Source: Escherichia phage vB_EcoM_WFH
Direction: 5' to 3' (one strand)
Length of the DNA stretch: 64,000 bases
Sequence record: NC_048194.1
Below are positions 48,325 to 57,676 of the stretch, one piece after another (positions within the stretch are counted from its first letter, which is position 1; each line of letters starts with the position of its first letter). Made by a program: the position numbers and the translations under genes. The notes under the pieces are model-generated. The model ran no database searches. It had not been told where the DNA came from and saw only the letters and a program-made list of their open reading frames with translations.

Positions 48325-48876
48325 TTATACAGTGTACGGAGTACCGTCTTGATTCAACCGCACGATGAACTTAAGGTCGACACCAATGATTTCACGCGTA
48401 TCAAAGATCACATAGTTGTAACGACGCTGACCAGCAATGTTTGGGTTGGTGTGAGAGTCGGTCACAACTTCCTGCGCAACCTGAATGCCTTCTTCTTTAA
48501 AGAACTTGCGCCATTCAGCAAGTTCAGCGGCAGTCACGTGCATACCAAGATGGCTAACCTGATTGTCGTGCGCATCGATGTATTCGATGTTTTCGTGAAT
48601 CCAGTTGCAACCTTTTGTATAGTCAAGAATTTCAAGCTCAAGAGGCTTACCAGCTCCGCCATCGGTGCCGTTGCCAGCCTGATAGTTGAAGCGCAAGTCA
48701 GCTTCGTTGGTGCAATCGCCGCGCTGACCCTTAAAGACATCAGCTTCAAATACGCGACCAGTAGCAACAACGTGATCATGGAACCATTCTGTCAGGCCGA
48801 TTTTAGCCAGGAAATTCTGTGCGCGCTGAGCACCTGGAATTGACAGGGCGATTTGTTCAATTTTAAAATGTGGCAT
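48325..48876 (-). CDS. VOC / glyoxalase-fold protein (tentative)
   Basis: N-terminal FKIEQIALSIPGAQRAQNFLAKIGL and second-half HLGMHV pattern. Confidence 0.35.
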   Translation of the reverse strand: MPHFKIEQIALSIPGAQRAQNFLAKIGLTEWFHDHVVATGRVFEADVFKGQRGDCTNEADLRFNYQAGNGTDGGAGKPLELEILDYTKGCNWIHENIEYIDAHDNQVSHLGMHVTAAELAEWRKFFKEEGIQVAQEVVTDSHTNPNIAGQRRYNYVIFDTREIIGVDLKFIVRLNQDGTPYTV

Positions 48877-48966
48877 TTTGTTTCCTTAATTAAATATTAT
48901 TGATTAATTACTGTGTTGTCTTCGTCCTGTTTTTCAGGAGCAGCGACAACTTCAAATGTTCTTGAT

Positions 48967-49650
48967 TTATTTACCAAATGGAATATCAGTACCAGACATA
49001 AAGCGCCATGCGCCCGTAATTAAGATATGGCGAATGAAGTCAGCAATTACTTGCGGCTCAGTCTCCAATCCATTCATCAGCGCCTTTTTCTGGTATTCAG
49101 CAGCATACTCAGGAGTCCAGCCGCGAGTCGCGCAAACAGCATCTTCAATCTGTTTGGACATGCCAGTACCACGTAGCTTGTTAGGACTAATAGAGAATAC
49201 CGTGATCCCGTATTTAGGCGTAAGCTCGTGAGCCATCTGCTTGCTAATCATGAGCGCAGCAGCCTTGGAAGCATTATAACACAAGCTGGACGTCATAGGA
49301 ATATGCGCAGCGTTGGAAACGATGTTGATCACAAAACCTTTGTTGTCAATAAGACTTTTCAGCGCGGCCTGAGTCGTGTTGACGAAAGAGAAGGCGTTGG
49401 TGTGCATAACGCGATTGAACTCTTCGTAGTTAACATCTTCGAACCAGTTGTTGGAGTTGACGCCAGCGCAGTTGATCAAGCCTTCTACGTCGTATTGAGA
49501 GAGAAGCTCTTTCATCTGTTTCGCGTTACGGATGTCATAGCCGTTCTCCAAATCAATACCGACAACTTCATGACCGTAAGCGCCAAGGGTGTCAAAAATG
49601 GATTTACCAAGACCGGAATTGCAGCCAGTTACAACAATTACTTTTTTCAT
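48967..49650 (-). CDS. Short-chain dehydrogenase/reductase (SDR)
   Basis: Cofactor motif VTGCNSGLGKS, NCAG, catalytic Ser ... YNASK. Confidence 0.8.
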   Translation of the reverse strand: MKKVIVVTGCNSGLGKSIFDTLGAYGHEVVGIDLENGYDIRNAKQMKELLSQYDVEGLINCAGVNSNNWFEDVNYEEFNRVMHTNAFSFVNTTQAALKSLIDNKGFVINIVSNAAHIPMTSSLCYNASKAAALMISKQMAHELTPKYGITVFSISPNKLRGTGMSKQIEDAVCATRGWTPEYAAEYQKKALMNGLETEPQVIADFIRHILITGAWRFMSGTDIPFGK

Positions 49651-49715
49651 TTATTTATCCTTTTTGGACTTCGTTTCGATGAGATAAATATAACTCATCG
49701 AAACGCACAAGTAAA

Positions 49716-50588
49716 CTATTTATTGAAATTAATATTATGGGTGTTGACAAGACGTTCACACATGGCGCTGTAAACACCATCATCGTGTATTGAGTCTTCG
49801 TGCTTCAGGCCGCTGATTGCGAAGCGTGTAAGCTTGACAATCTTAAGCTCGAACAGATGCCACATGTGGTAGTCTTCCGGCGTTTTCAACGTCACGCCAT
49901 TAGGGAAAAGCACCTGCATAACCTGACCTACCATCACAGCGTTATCGCCATAGACAGCGTTGCGCTCACGGAAGGTTGCTGCCATCGCATCAAGAATATC
50001 GGCGGCAGTTGCCGGAGATTGTTCAACTTCCACAGCCTTAGTCTCTTCTTGCCCTGTTGCACTTGGATCAATTGCTAATTGTTGCACCACTTCACCTGCC
50101 TTGCAAAGATTAAATGTAAAAGCGATTTTATTTTGAGCAACGGAATTATAATACAATGCTTCATCTTGCATCCGCGCGAGTACGTCTTGTCGGTCGTCGA
50201 ATACATTGATGATTCGATAATCGCCGTGCCGCAATGCGTGCGACAGCCATGCAGATTTCATAATAGTTGATGGACGTTTGTCGCCATAGTCTCTCATCTT
50301 GATTGTAAATTCATCAAAAGGGAAAACATTGTCCAGACGTTCAAAAGTCACTTGTCTGTATTTTTCTGGCCTTGCAGTCCAATATTCAACCGCCTCACCG
50401 CGAAGAGATGCCGACTCTACTGCTGATGCAATGTGAGGATAGAACTGATCATAACCAATACCGCTGTGATAATCATCATAGTCTGACAACGGACCTGCCA
50501 CCTTGATGCGGTCTAAGCGCCAACGGTCATCAAACAGCGTTCCGTCAAGGTCGAATACGTTTAAGATTTCGCTGTTTTTAATGCTCAT
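49716..50588 (-). CDS. HAD-superfamily phosphatase domain fused to an uncharacterised C-terminal domain
   Basis: Motif I FDLDGTL, motif II WTARP, later Lys and FDDRQD; C-terminal about 140 aa unassigned. Confidence 0.6.
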   Translation of the reverse strand: MSIKNSEILNVFDLDGTLFDDRWRLDRIKVAGPLSDYDDYHSGIGYDQFYPHIASAVESASLRGEAVEYWTARPEKYRQVTFERLDNVFPFDEFTIKMRDYGDKRPSTIMKSAWLSHALRHGDYRIINVFDDRQDVLARMQDEALYYNSVAQNKIAFTFNLCKAGEVVQQLAIDPSATGQEETKAVEVEQSPATAADILDAMAATFRERNAVYGDNAVMVGQVMQVLFPNGVTLKTPEDYHMWHLFELKIVKLTRFAISGLKHEDSIHDDGVYSAMCERLVNTHNINFNK

Positions 50589-51388
50589 CCTTTTGATACT
50601 CCATCTTTAGCAACTGGATTGTTGGTGATTGGCATCGCACTCCAAAACTGGATGCGCAACTCTTCTTGCTGTGCCGTGGTATCCATCCAATCACGATACC
50701 AAGGGCAATGGGCTTTACCGTGACGAGGAAATGCGCACTTACCCATACCAATGCATTGCGGCTGCAGTAATGGATTCGCCCAAGGGTGCACCTTGAGGAC
50801 TTCCGCAACCATTGCGCGGAATACTTCTTGATACTCTCCTTGCGTGCGCGTGCACAAGCGGTTTGACGCCATCTGCTGCAGCGTGCGCAAGTTGAACTTT
50901 GCCATGATATGCGTTTGCATATTAGAAGGCAACACGGCACGTGCATCTTGAATCTCTGCGCCAGCCGCGCGAAGCTCTTGATACAAAGCGTCGATAGTCG
51001 CCATCGCATCATCCCACTTCTCTGCCAGTTCAGCTGCCTTCTCGTCATGGCGAGTCCATCCCTTTGGATCATCCTCTGGGTAAGTGAATTTAGCAGGACG
51101 AATCGCATCAAATGCAGACGACTCCTGAGCGCGGCTGGTGCGTTCTTGATATGCGCCTGTGCGTGTGCGTACCATCTGATGGGTCATGTTCTTTGATACA
51201 GCTGTGATATCAAAGATATAGTCCACAAAGTCAAAAGGCGACTTGATTGTATCAAGCATGTAGCGCCAATGCTCTTGCTTCTCTGATTCCGTCATCTCAG
51301 AGACAGGCTTACCAGTCATGCGCGTGTTCTTTGTTTCCAGCAAAAGGTCAAGTGCATCTTGGGTGTATCGAATTAATTCAACTTTCAT
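50585..51388 (-). CDS. ThyX-family (flavin-dependent thymidylate synthase-like) protein with divergent active-site motif and Cys-rich C-terminal extension
   Basis: ThyX-like N-terminus MKVELIRYT; HQMVRTRTGAYQERTSR where canonical ThyX has RHR-x7-S; C-terminal CIGMGKCAFPRHGKAHC. Confidence 0.6.
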   Translation of the reverse strand: MKVELIRYTQDALDLLLETKNTRMTGKPVSEMTESEKQEHWRYMLDTIKSPFDFVDYIFDITAVSKNMTHQMVRTRTGAYQERTSRAQESSAFDAIRPAKFTYPEDDPKGWTRHDEKAAELAEKWDDAMATIDALYQELRAAGAEIQDARAVLPSNMQTHIMAKFNLRTLQQMASNRLCTRTQGEYQEVFRAMVAEVLKVHPWANPLLQPQCIGMGKCAFPRHGKAHCPWYRDWMDTTAQQEELRIQFWSAMPITNNPVAKDGVSKG

Positions 51389-51401
51389 TTTAATTGTCCT
51401 A

Positions 51402-51848
51402 TTAACGGTAATTCACTAGTTGCTGATCACCAGAGAAGGTGCAATGATAAACGAATTGTGCGTTATAAAGCAACTGAAAACTTTTCTTTGGTTCATTATT
51501 AGAACTCATTGATGTAAAGATTTCTGCACCAGAACGGTTTTCACCAATCAGATTGATAAAGCCGCCAGTTGAACGAGGTTGAACGAAAGTGAAACGTTGC
51601 ATCCACGGAGTCCGGTTGACACCTTTTCCGGTGAATCCTTGAATCTGAATATTCAGACCTTCTTGCTCATTCACACCGATGTAAGTGGTAATCTTCGCAC
51701 CAGTCGTTGCTGCGGTCTTACCGTCCATCGCTTCGCAATCGTAAACAGCGATTGAATCGGAAGTACGGATGGCGGCTTCAGTCGCTTCCATATACATGGT
51801 GCCGAGAATAGCAGTTGCGGCAAGCGCGATTCCAGTGATTCGTTTCAT
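51402..51848 (-). CDS. Secreted protein of unknown function
   Basis: N-terminal signal peptide MKRITGIALAATAILGTMYMEA; 148 aa. Confidence 0.5.
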   Translation of the reverse strand: MKRITGIALAATAILGTMYMEATEAAIRTSDSIAVYDCEAMDGKTAATTGAKITTYIGVNEQEGLNIQIQGFTGKGVNRTPWMQRFTFVQPRSTGGFINLIGENRSGAEIFTSMSSNNEPKKSFQLLYNAQFVYHCTFSGDQQLVNYR

Positions 51849-51913
51849 TTTCGTTTCCTCTATGAGTTCTGCTTCAATGATTAAAGTATACGCCCATTGA
51901 AGCAGAAAGCAAA

Positions 51914-52909
51914 TTATTTATTAGCAATATAAGCAAATTTTTGATAGTTATTTGCTTTGATGAGTTTTTCGACTTCAACAAGGTCATGAGCGACGTCATC
52001 AAGCAAGATATTGCGCCAGGTCGCGAATCGACCGACACTAAACACGTTTAAATCCATAGTCAGCTGCAGGAGTAGGGCGTGTCGCAAGTCTTTCGGAATG
52101 TCGACAATCTTGCCATATTTCTGGTCGACCTTTTCAACTTCTTCAAGAGCAATGTCACTCCATGAAAGGCCAAAGGCCGTCAACACTTCGTCGACTTCTG
52201 CGCGCAGCTTCATGTCACGGTAACGAGTGATGCCGCCTGCGGCTTCAACTGCAGCTTCACTCACGCTGACCAAAGGAATTGTTTCAATGATAAGCGTGTC
52301 ACCAGTAATTGATGCGCGGTAAGTTCTGACGGAGTAGTCAGGGAAGTAAATTGTCTGATACAAATCACACTTACGTTTAATCTTAAAGCGGTAAACGCGA
52401 ATGTTTGCTTTATCAAATGAGAAATCAAGCTTTTGATCAATTCCAGCAAGCTTCATCATGACTGGCAGCGGCGACGTGTTGATGATTGGCGTCTCGCTAT
52501 AGCCGCAAAGAGTATCAACCGGAGTATTAAAGAATATGCGGTCACCCAGTTTGTCGACAAGCTGATCATAAAAGTCATCAGGCGCAATATAACGCGTTGC
52601 AGTCTTAAGCTTCATGATTGAACGGCTGCCAAATTGATTGGTGACCTTCATGGAATACATATTGGCAAGGTTGATTGGGCAATGGTCGTGATAGTAGTTG
52701 CCGCGAAAATACACAGCCTTGTCAACTGTCACGGCCTTAAAAGGGATTCCGGTAATACGGCTTACTTCTTCGCCGCGAAAGCGTAGCAGCGCCTTGTGCT
52801 GTTGCGCTCGTTCCCCTGCTTCGTACACAATAGAGTTCGGGAAGTGACACGCGGTGATAAGTCCTGCCAATCCGCCGCCGATAATCATTACAGGTTGTTT
52901 CATGTTCAT
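51914..52909 (-). CDS. FAD/NAD(P)-binding Rossmann-fold flavoprotein (UDP-galactopyranose-mutase-like or GidA/TrmFO-like, unresolved)
   Basis: N-terminal IIGGGLAGL with acidic residue about 20 aa later; C-terminal GRFATWRN resembles a mutase-type motif. Confidence 0.55.
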   Translation of the reverse strand: MNMKQPVMIIGGGLAGLITACHFPNSIVYEAGERAQQHKALLRFRGEEVSRITGIPFKAVTVDKAVYFRGNYYHDHCPINLANMYSMKVTNQFGSRSIMKLKTATRYIAPDDFYDQLVDKLGDRIFFNTPVDTLCGYSETPIINTSPLPVMMKLAGIDQKLDFSFDKANIRVYRFKIKRKCDLYQTIYFPDYSVRTYRASITGDTLIIETIPLVSVSEAAVEAAGGITRYRDMKLRAEVDEVLTAFGLSWSDIALEEVEKVDQKYGKIVDIPKDLRHALLLQLTMDLNVFSVGRFATWRNILLDDVAHDLVEVEKLIKANNYQKFAYIANK

Positions 52910-53042
52910 TTGTCCTTTGTGGGTGATATGAGAAGTATAATAGCTAAATTATTTTACAGCAACAAGTCATTTTATTTAGTACAGATGAAAAAAAGACCCA
53001 CAACAAGTGTGGGTCAATTACCGCTGCATAACCGTCCTAAGG

Positions 53043-53888
53043 TTATTCCGCTTGATCACCGTCTTCGGCATCTTCGTTGGGTTCAACATCGACAAACTCG
53101 ATGTGGCCCATCTCTTCCAGCTTGCTCAGGTAGGAGCGAACGGAAGCGCCAAACAGTTGATCTTTAACTTTTTCGCCCAGCTCATCGATAGACTGCGCCA
53201 CGCCAACTTCGCCTTCTTTGATCGCCGCCAGAACGCGTCCACGGGTGGAATGCTCTTGCGGCTGGCTCAGGCCATTGCCAGTGTAGATGAAGTGAGTAGC
53301 TTTTGCACGACGTTGACCGTTTGCCTTTTTAGCGGCCTTACGTTCTGCGATGGCTTTGCGACGTTCTTCAGCTTCTTTCTTACGCTGTTCTTTCTGTTGT
53401 TCTGCAGCTTCTTTCGCCGCAATCTTAGCAGCTTCACGCTCTGCCTTGCGTTTCGCTTTAGCTTCTTCTTTGGCCTTCTCTTTTTCGGCCTTCGCTGCAG
53501 CACGGGCTTGATCACGCTCTGCTTTCTTAGCAGCAGCTTGTTCAGCTTTCAGGCGCTTGGCTTCTTCTTTAGCCTTTGCCTTTTCGATTTCTTTTGCTGC
53601 TTTAGCGGCTTCACGCTCTGCTTTCTTAGCAGCAGCCTTTTCTGCACGCTCTTTAGCTTTCTTAGCTGCTTCTTCAGCACGCTTCTGAGCCTTCTCATCA
53701 GCAGCCTGCTTGCGTTTCAGGGCAGCTTCTTCACGCTTGGCTTGTTTTTCCTGCTCACGCTTCTGGCGTTTTTCTTCGGCTTCTTTCTTTTTAGCCAGAC
53801 GTTTTTCTTCAGCCACGCGACGGCGTTCTGCTGCAGCTGCTTGCTTTTCTTCTTTAGATAATACTTTGATTGCTTCGGCCATATTCAC
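53043..53888 (-). CDS. ER/K-rich single-alpha-helix protein with C-terminal winged-helix-like domain
   Basis: About 170 aa of Lys/Glu/Ala/Arg repeats then a globular C-terminus (RVLAAIKEGEVGVAQSIDELGEKV ... YLSKLEEMGHIEF). Confidence 0.6.
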   Translation of the reverse strand: MNMAEAIKVLSKEEKQAAAAERRRVAEEKRLAKKKEAEEKRQKREQEKQAKREEAALKRKQAADEKAQKRAEEAAKKAKERAEKAAAKKAEREAAKAAKEIEKAKAKEEAKRLKAEQAAAKKAERDQARAAAKAEKEKAKEEAKAKRKAEREAAKIAAKEAAEQQKEQRKKEAEERRKAIAERKAAKKANGQRRAKATHFIYTGNGLSQPQEHSTRGRVLAAIKEGEVGVAQSIDELGEKVKDQLFGASVRSYLSKLEEMGHIEFVDVEPNEDAEDGDQAE

Positions 53889-54041
53889 AGTCCTTAAATA
53901 AATTAGTTTATTTTATATTCCCCTTTTGGGATAACTTAATTATGCCTTCAGTCGCCGCCAGTAGCAACTAAAAACTCTGGCGGCAATGCCACTTTAATTA
54001 AACTGATTTTCAGTTTTATTTTTCGTAAATTTACGTCAACA

Positions 54042-55226
54042 TTAACGCGCTTTCAAATCACGGTACACGGTCAGATTCTTCTTAGCGCGGGTGATGGCTG
54101 TGTACATCATCTTGGCATACGGAACGCCGCGCAAGATTTCTTCTAGCACGCACACATTGTCCCACTCGCTGCCTTGCGATTTGTGCACCGTTATGACATA
54201 GCCATAGTCCATGCCTCCAACAGCGCGTTGAGCCTCTTTGCGCACTTCCTGATCAGTAGAGAAGGAAAGAGGATTTATCTTCACCTTTATATCTTTGCCA
54301 TCGGTAAGCGAGCGCAAATTGACATACATGATTTCATTAGACTCGTCTTCATCCCTTTCAAAGTCCGGTACTGGCTCATAACTAATAACAATCCCTTGCT
54401 CGCCATTACAGAATCCTGGACCGTGTTGATTGAATGTGCAAATAACTTTCTCGCCGATTCCTGGCATTGGCGTTATACGTCCGCTCACTTGGCGCAATAA
54501 TGAATTCCATTTATCTTTGGTGCTATTATAAGAGCAAATAATTTGATCATCTTCGCCCATGAATTTCTTCAGTGCGGTAACGCGCGGCGATTCAGCCAAC
54601 ACCTTTACGTCATCGTATTCACGCGGAGGAAGTCGGTTGCCCTGTCGCACGAAGAAGGAAGCGCGGATTATGTTTGACTCTTTCCCCTGCCGCATGATTT
54701 CGGTTAACAGTACGTCAACGGCATCTTCAGTGAAGTAGGCGGCGGCTTTTACCGGAGGGACTTGTCCAATGTCGCCTAATGCCAGGACAGGGATGCGGTG
54801 ATCAAGAAGGCGCTCTGTGTCCCACTCACCGACCATTGAAGCTTCATCAAGGACGACAAGGTGCGGCCTTTCATCAAGCGTTGACTTTCTTGCGAAGATT
54901 GGTTCATTGTCATCGTTAACGCCGCGCACGTTATAGATGAACTGGTGAAGGGTCTTAGCGCCACGACAACCTTTTTGCTTTAATCGGCTGGCGGCCTTTC
55001 CGGTCGGCGCAATATAAATGGCACCGTACTCACCGACACAACGGCGCACAATCTCACGCGCAATAGAGGTTTTACCTGTTCCTGCATAGCCAGCGATGAA
55101 AAACACGCGCTTCGTCGTTTTACCGTCCTGCAATCGCTTGTACCATGCAACGGCCTTTTCGATGGCATCAATCTGTTGCGCGTTGAACTGAATCACTGGC
55201 TCATTATTAAATTCTGGAATGTTCAT
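54042..55226 (-). CDS. dda: Dda / RecD-like SF1B DNA helicase
   Basis: Walker A GYAGTGKTS, Walker B VVLDEASMV, motif V/VI ITVHKSQGSEWDNV. Confidence 0.8.
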   Translation of the reverse strand: MNIPEFNNEPVIQFNAQQIDAIEKAVAWYKRLQDGKTTKRVFFIAGYAGTGKTSIAREIVRRCVGEYGAIYIAPTGKAASRLKQKGCRGAKTLHQFIYNVRGVNDDNEPIFARKSTLDERPHLVVLDEASMVGEWDTERLLDHRIPVLALGDIGQVPPVKAAAYFTEDAVDVLLTEIMRQGKESNIIRASFFVRQGNRLPPREYDDVKVLAESPRVTALKKFMGEDDQIICSYNSTKDKWNSLLRQVSGRITPMPGIGEKVICTFNQHGPGFCNGEQGIVISYEPVPDFERDEDESNEIMYVNLRSLTDGKDIKVKINPLSFSTDQEVRKEAQRAVGGMDYGYVITVHKSQGSEWDNVCVLEEILRGVPYAKMMYTAITRAKKNLTVYRDLKAR

Positions 55227-55552
55227 TATAACTCCACTACGCTTTCAAGGTCCAGATATACTGGAATAAAATGGCAATCTTCTTTTCGTTCAAACATCTC
55301 ACCGTCAACGTGACTGAAGAAAACAGTCGTGTTTGGTATCTTCCACCCTTTCTCGTCGCGCACCAGGTACGCCATGGATTCAACAGGGATGTAAAGCGAT
55401 ACCGGATTTGCGGCAAAGATGAATTTGATTCTGTCTGGTTGACCCAGGAATCGCATAATTGTAAGACTTGAATTCAGTCTTGTATTAAGAAAGGACTCAA
55501 CGATTCCGACGTGTGTCGCACGTTCGCGTTGCTTCGTATCTTTTTCGTTCAT
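55226..55552 (-). CDS. Hypothetical protein
   Basis: 108-aa ORF, stop/start overlap with the helicase. Confidence 0.45.
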   Translation of the reverse strand: MNEKDTKQRERATHVGIVESFLNTRLNSSLTIMRFLGQPDRIKFIFAANPVSLYIPVESMAYLVRDEKGWKIPNTTVFFSHVDGEMFERKEDCHFIPVYLDLESVVEL

Positions 55553-55655
55553 TTCAGGCGACCTTTGTTAGTGCGGAAATATTTTCTGATAGTATAATTG
55601 CAGATATAGTATAAAGCAAAGTAAATCGAAATTGTGAACTAAATGGTAAATATTG

Positions 55656-55683
55656 TTGACTTTGTATCACTCAATATTATACT
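55656..55683 (+). promoter_or_regulatory. sigma70-like promoter for the primase operon
   Basis: TTGACT, 16-nt spacer, TATACT, about 30 nt upstream of RBS AAGGAAAG. Confidence 0.55.
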
Positions 55684-55712
55684 GCAGGTATTGATCACCG
55701 AAGGAAAGAAAG

Positions 55713-56795
55713 ATGGCTAGTTTAAGAGAAGAAGCAAAAATAATCGAAGAGTTTTTGACGGAACTCCAAAGAGGCATTCCAGAAGATGAACGCGTCATGA
55801 CCGTGTTTGCTCCTGAAGCAACAGTGCAGACTGACGAGCGCGGCAAAAAGATTAACAGCAGCTTCTGGCCTAAGCCTTGGAAGCTTGGCAAGCCGCTGAT
55901 GCAACATCAGAACGGTTACGCCTGCATAAGTTCAATGCGTAAGTCTCCCAACCCAAAGACAGGCGAGATGCGATACTGGCGCACGGAATCGGCTTTCGGT
56001 CATGGCATGGCGATGATGGTCGACGACATCGGACACGGTAAAGGGTCCAAAGGCGATTTGGATTTGGAGTTCTTTTTCGAGCGCCTAAAACCAACCGTCA
56101 TTGTCGAGACTTCGCCGAACAACCACCAGCTGTGGTACTTCTTTAAAGACCCGATTGACCATCTTATCCAGTTCAAGGCATTTCTTGGGTCTTTCGTAAA
56201 CATGGTACTCAAGAAGGGCGGCGACAACACGATTAAAGATGTGACGCGCGTTGGCCGTGTTCCTGGGTGTATCAACAACAAACGTGTGACTCACGACGGA
56301 CCTTACAAATATGTCGATGAGAACGGCGACCCGTTCCGCTGCCGACTTGTTCATGCAGACTACTCTTTGCGCTACACAATCGAAGAGATTTGCCAAGCCT
56401 TCGGTTTCCACGTCGTTATGCCGCAAAAGCGTGAAATTCAAATCGACGTTGACGAATACAAATATGACGCTGTTTGGTATAAGATAGCCCAGCAAATCCT
56501 TGCGCGCAATAAGATGGGCGAAGGGTCCGATGGCGATGTGGTTGAAAACATGTCAGGTAAATGCCGCATCATCTGTCCTTGGGGTGAAGAGCACACCAAC
56601 GGCGACCCATACGGCGCTTATTTTCGCGGCCCAATCCCTGGCGCTGAACATGAATTCGTTTTCGGTTGCGCTCACGACTGCCACCGGAAAGGGGAAGGCA
56701 AGAAAGGATGGACCGCTTTTGTTGAAGCAGTAGTTATGCCTTATATTGAGAATCAACTTGATATGATAAATCGTCGCGCAGGTGGCATAAAATAG
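55713..56795 (+). CDS. DNA primase, RepB-prime / primase-polymerase-like, with C-terminal zinc-binding region
   Basis: MMVDDIGHGKG, ETSPNNHQLWYFF, RVGRVPGCINNK; C-terminal CRIICPWGEEH ... FGCAHDCH. Confidence 0.6.
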   Translation: MASLREEAKIIEEFLTELQRGIPEDERVMTVFAPEATVQTDERGKKINSSFWPKPWKLGKPLMQHQNGYACISSMRKSPNPKTGEMRYWRTESAFGHGMAMMVDDIGHGKGSKGDLDLEFFFERLKPTVIVETSPNNHQLWYFFKDPIDHLIQFKAFLGSFVNMVLKKGGDNTIKDVTRVGRVPGCINNKRVTHDGPYKYVDENGDPFRCRLVHADYSLRYTIEEICQAFGFHVVMPQKREIQIDVDEYKYDAVWYKIAQQILARNKMGEGSDGDVVENMSGKCRIICPWGEEHTNGDPYGAYFRGPIPGAEHEFVFGCAHDCHRKGEGKKGWTAFVEAVVMPYIENQLDMINRRAGGIK

Positions 56796-56853
56796 TTTGC
56801 TTTTATTTTTCTAGCAACTATAATCATTTTATGAACTGAAGCAGAGGTGATTT

Positions 56854-57000
56854 ATGCAAAGCGAAGAATTGAACATCGAGCTTGAAGGTCTGTTAAATTC
56901 GTTAGAACCTAAGCACGTAGAGCTTCCCACCCTTGAAGGTGTCATGGCTCACCACCAATCGGCTGCGGCCAAACACTACTCTGAATTTGTTAAGGAATAA
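56854..57000 (+). CDS. Small hypothetical protein (48 aa), not in the ORF track
   Basis: RBS AGAGGTG 6 nt before the ATG. Confidence 0.35.
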   Translation: MQSEELNIELEGLLNSLEPKHVELPTLEGVMAHHQSAAAKHYSEFVKE

Positions 57001-57001
57001 A

Positions 57002-57292
57002 ATGAACGAACCAAAAATGATGACCACTGAAGAAGCACAAAAACTTCGCGTGGAGAACGAGCTGAAGCTTGTCAATGAAATTCTTCCTCTGTTTAAAGGC
57101 TATGCGGTTGAAGAAGTCGTTGGCGCAATCCTTAATGTGTCGACTCACGTGGCGATGAATCTGAATGCAGAGCGTTTCAATACTTTGCTGACGATCAACA
57201 ACTTTACTGTCAGTGCGACATTTACCGTTGAGCCAGTCAATTTTGAAGAGGCTGCAGCCGCGATTCAACAACAGAGAAATCAAGAGGTGTAG
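57002..57292 (+). CDS. Hypothetical protein
   Basis: ORF 56933-57292 trimmed to the ATG after AAGGAA. Confidence 0.5.
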   Translation: MNEPKMMTTEEAQKLRVENELKLVNEILPLFKGYAVEEVVGAILNVSTHVAMNLNAERFNTLLTINNFTVSATFTVEPVNFEEAAAAIQQQRNQEV

Positions 57293-57293
57293 C

Positions 57294-57557
57294 ATTGGCG
57301 CTTTCCGCAACGAGTTCATTTGGAACGTTACAAGCAGTCTTTCGACTTGTCCTAACTGTACGAGCGATGTTATCAAGGTGCGGCAGCATCGCAATGCAGA
57401 GGAAGGTGCCTGGGAGGACGGCGACCTTGTAGAGTGCCAGTGCTGCTCTCACGAAGGCGTGGTGGAGCTTTACGCCGGAGAAGGTTGCCCACCAGCAGAC
57501 CGTTCAGCACGCGTTGAATGGGATGCGACAGACTCCATCGGTGATACTCAACAGTAA
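57294..57557 (+). CDS. Cys-rich small protein, putative zinc finger; start uncertain
   Basis: CPNC ... CQCC; no canonical start adjacent to the RBS. Confidence 0.3.
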   Translation: MGAFRNEFIWNVTSSLSTCPNCTSDVIKVRQHRNAEEGAWEDGDLVECQCCSHEGVVELYAGEGCPPADRSARVEWDATDSIGDTQQ

Positions 57558-57676
57558 ATTTAGGTATAGATACATATGAAAGCCGTAAAGAAATACACAT
57601 TAATCATTTCCCTTGTAATCATCCTGGGGCTATTATATGTATTGGATATGGCATATTATTTGGCAGGGGTGAGTAA

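Noticed and set aside
53007-53861. 284-codon plus-strand ORF rich in Phe/Leu/Ser
   Set aside because: It is the antisense shadow of the ER/K-rich gene; the low-complexity sequence is a mirror artefact of the Lys/Glu/Ala codon repeats.
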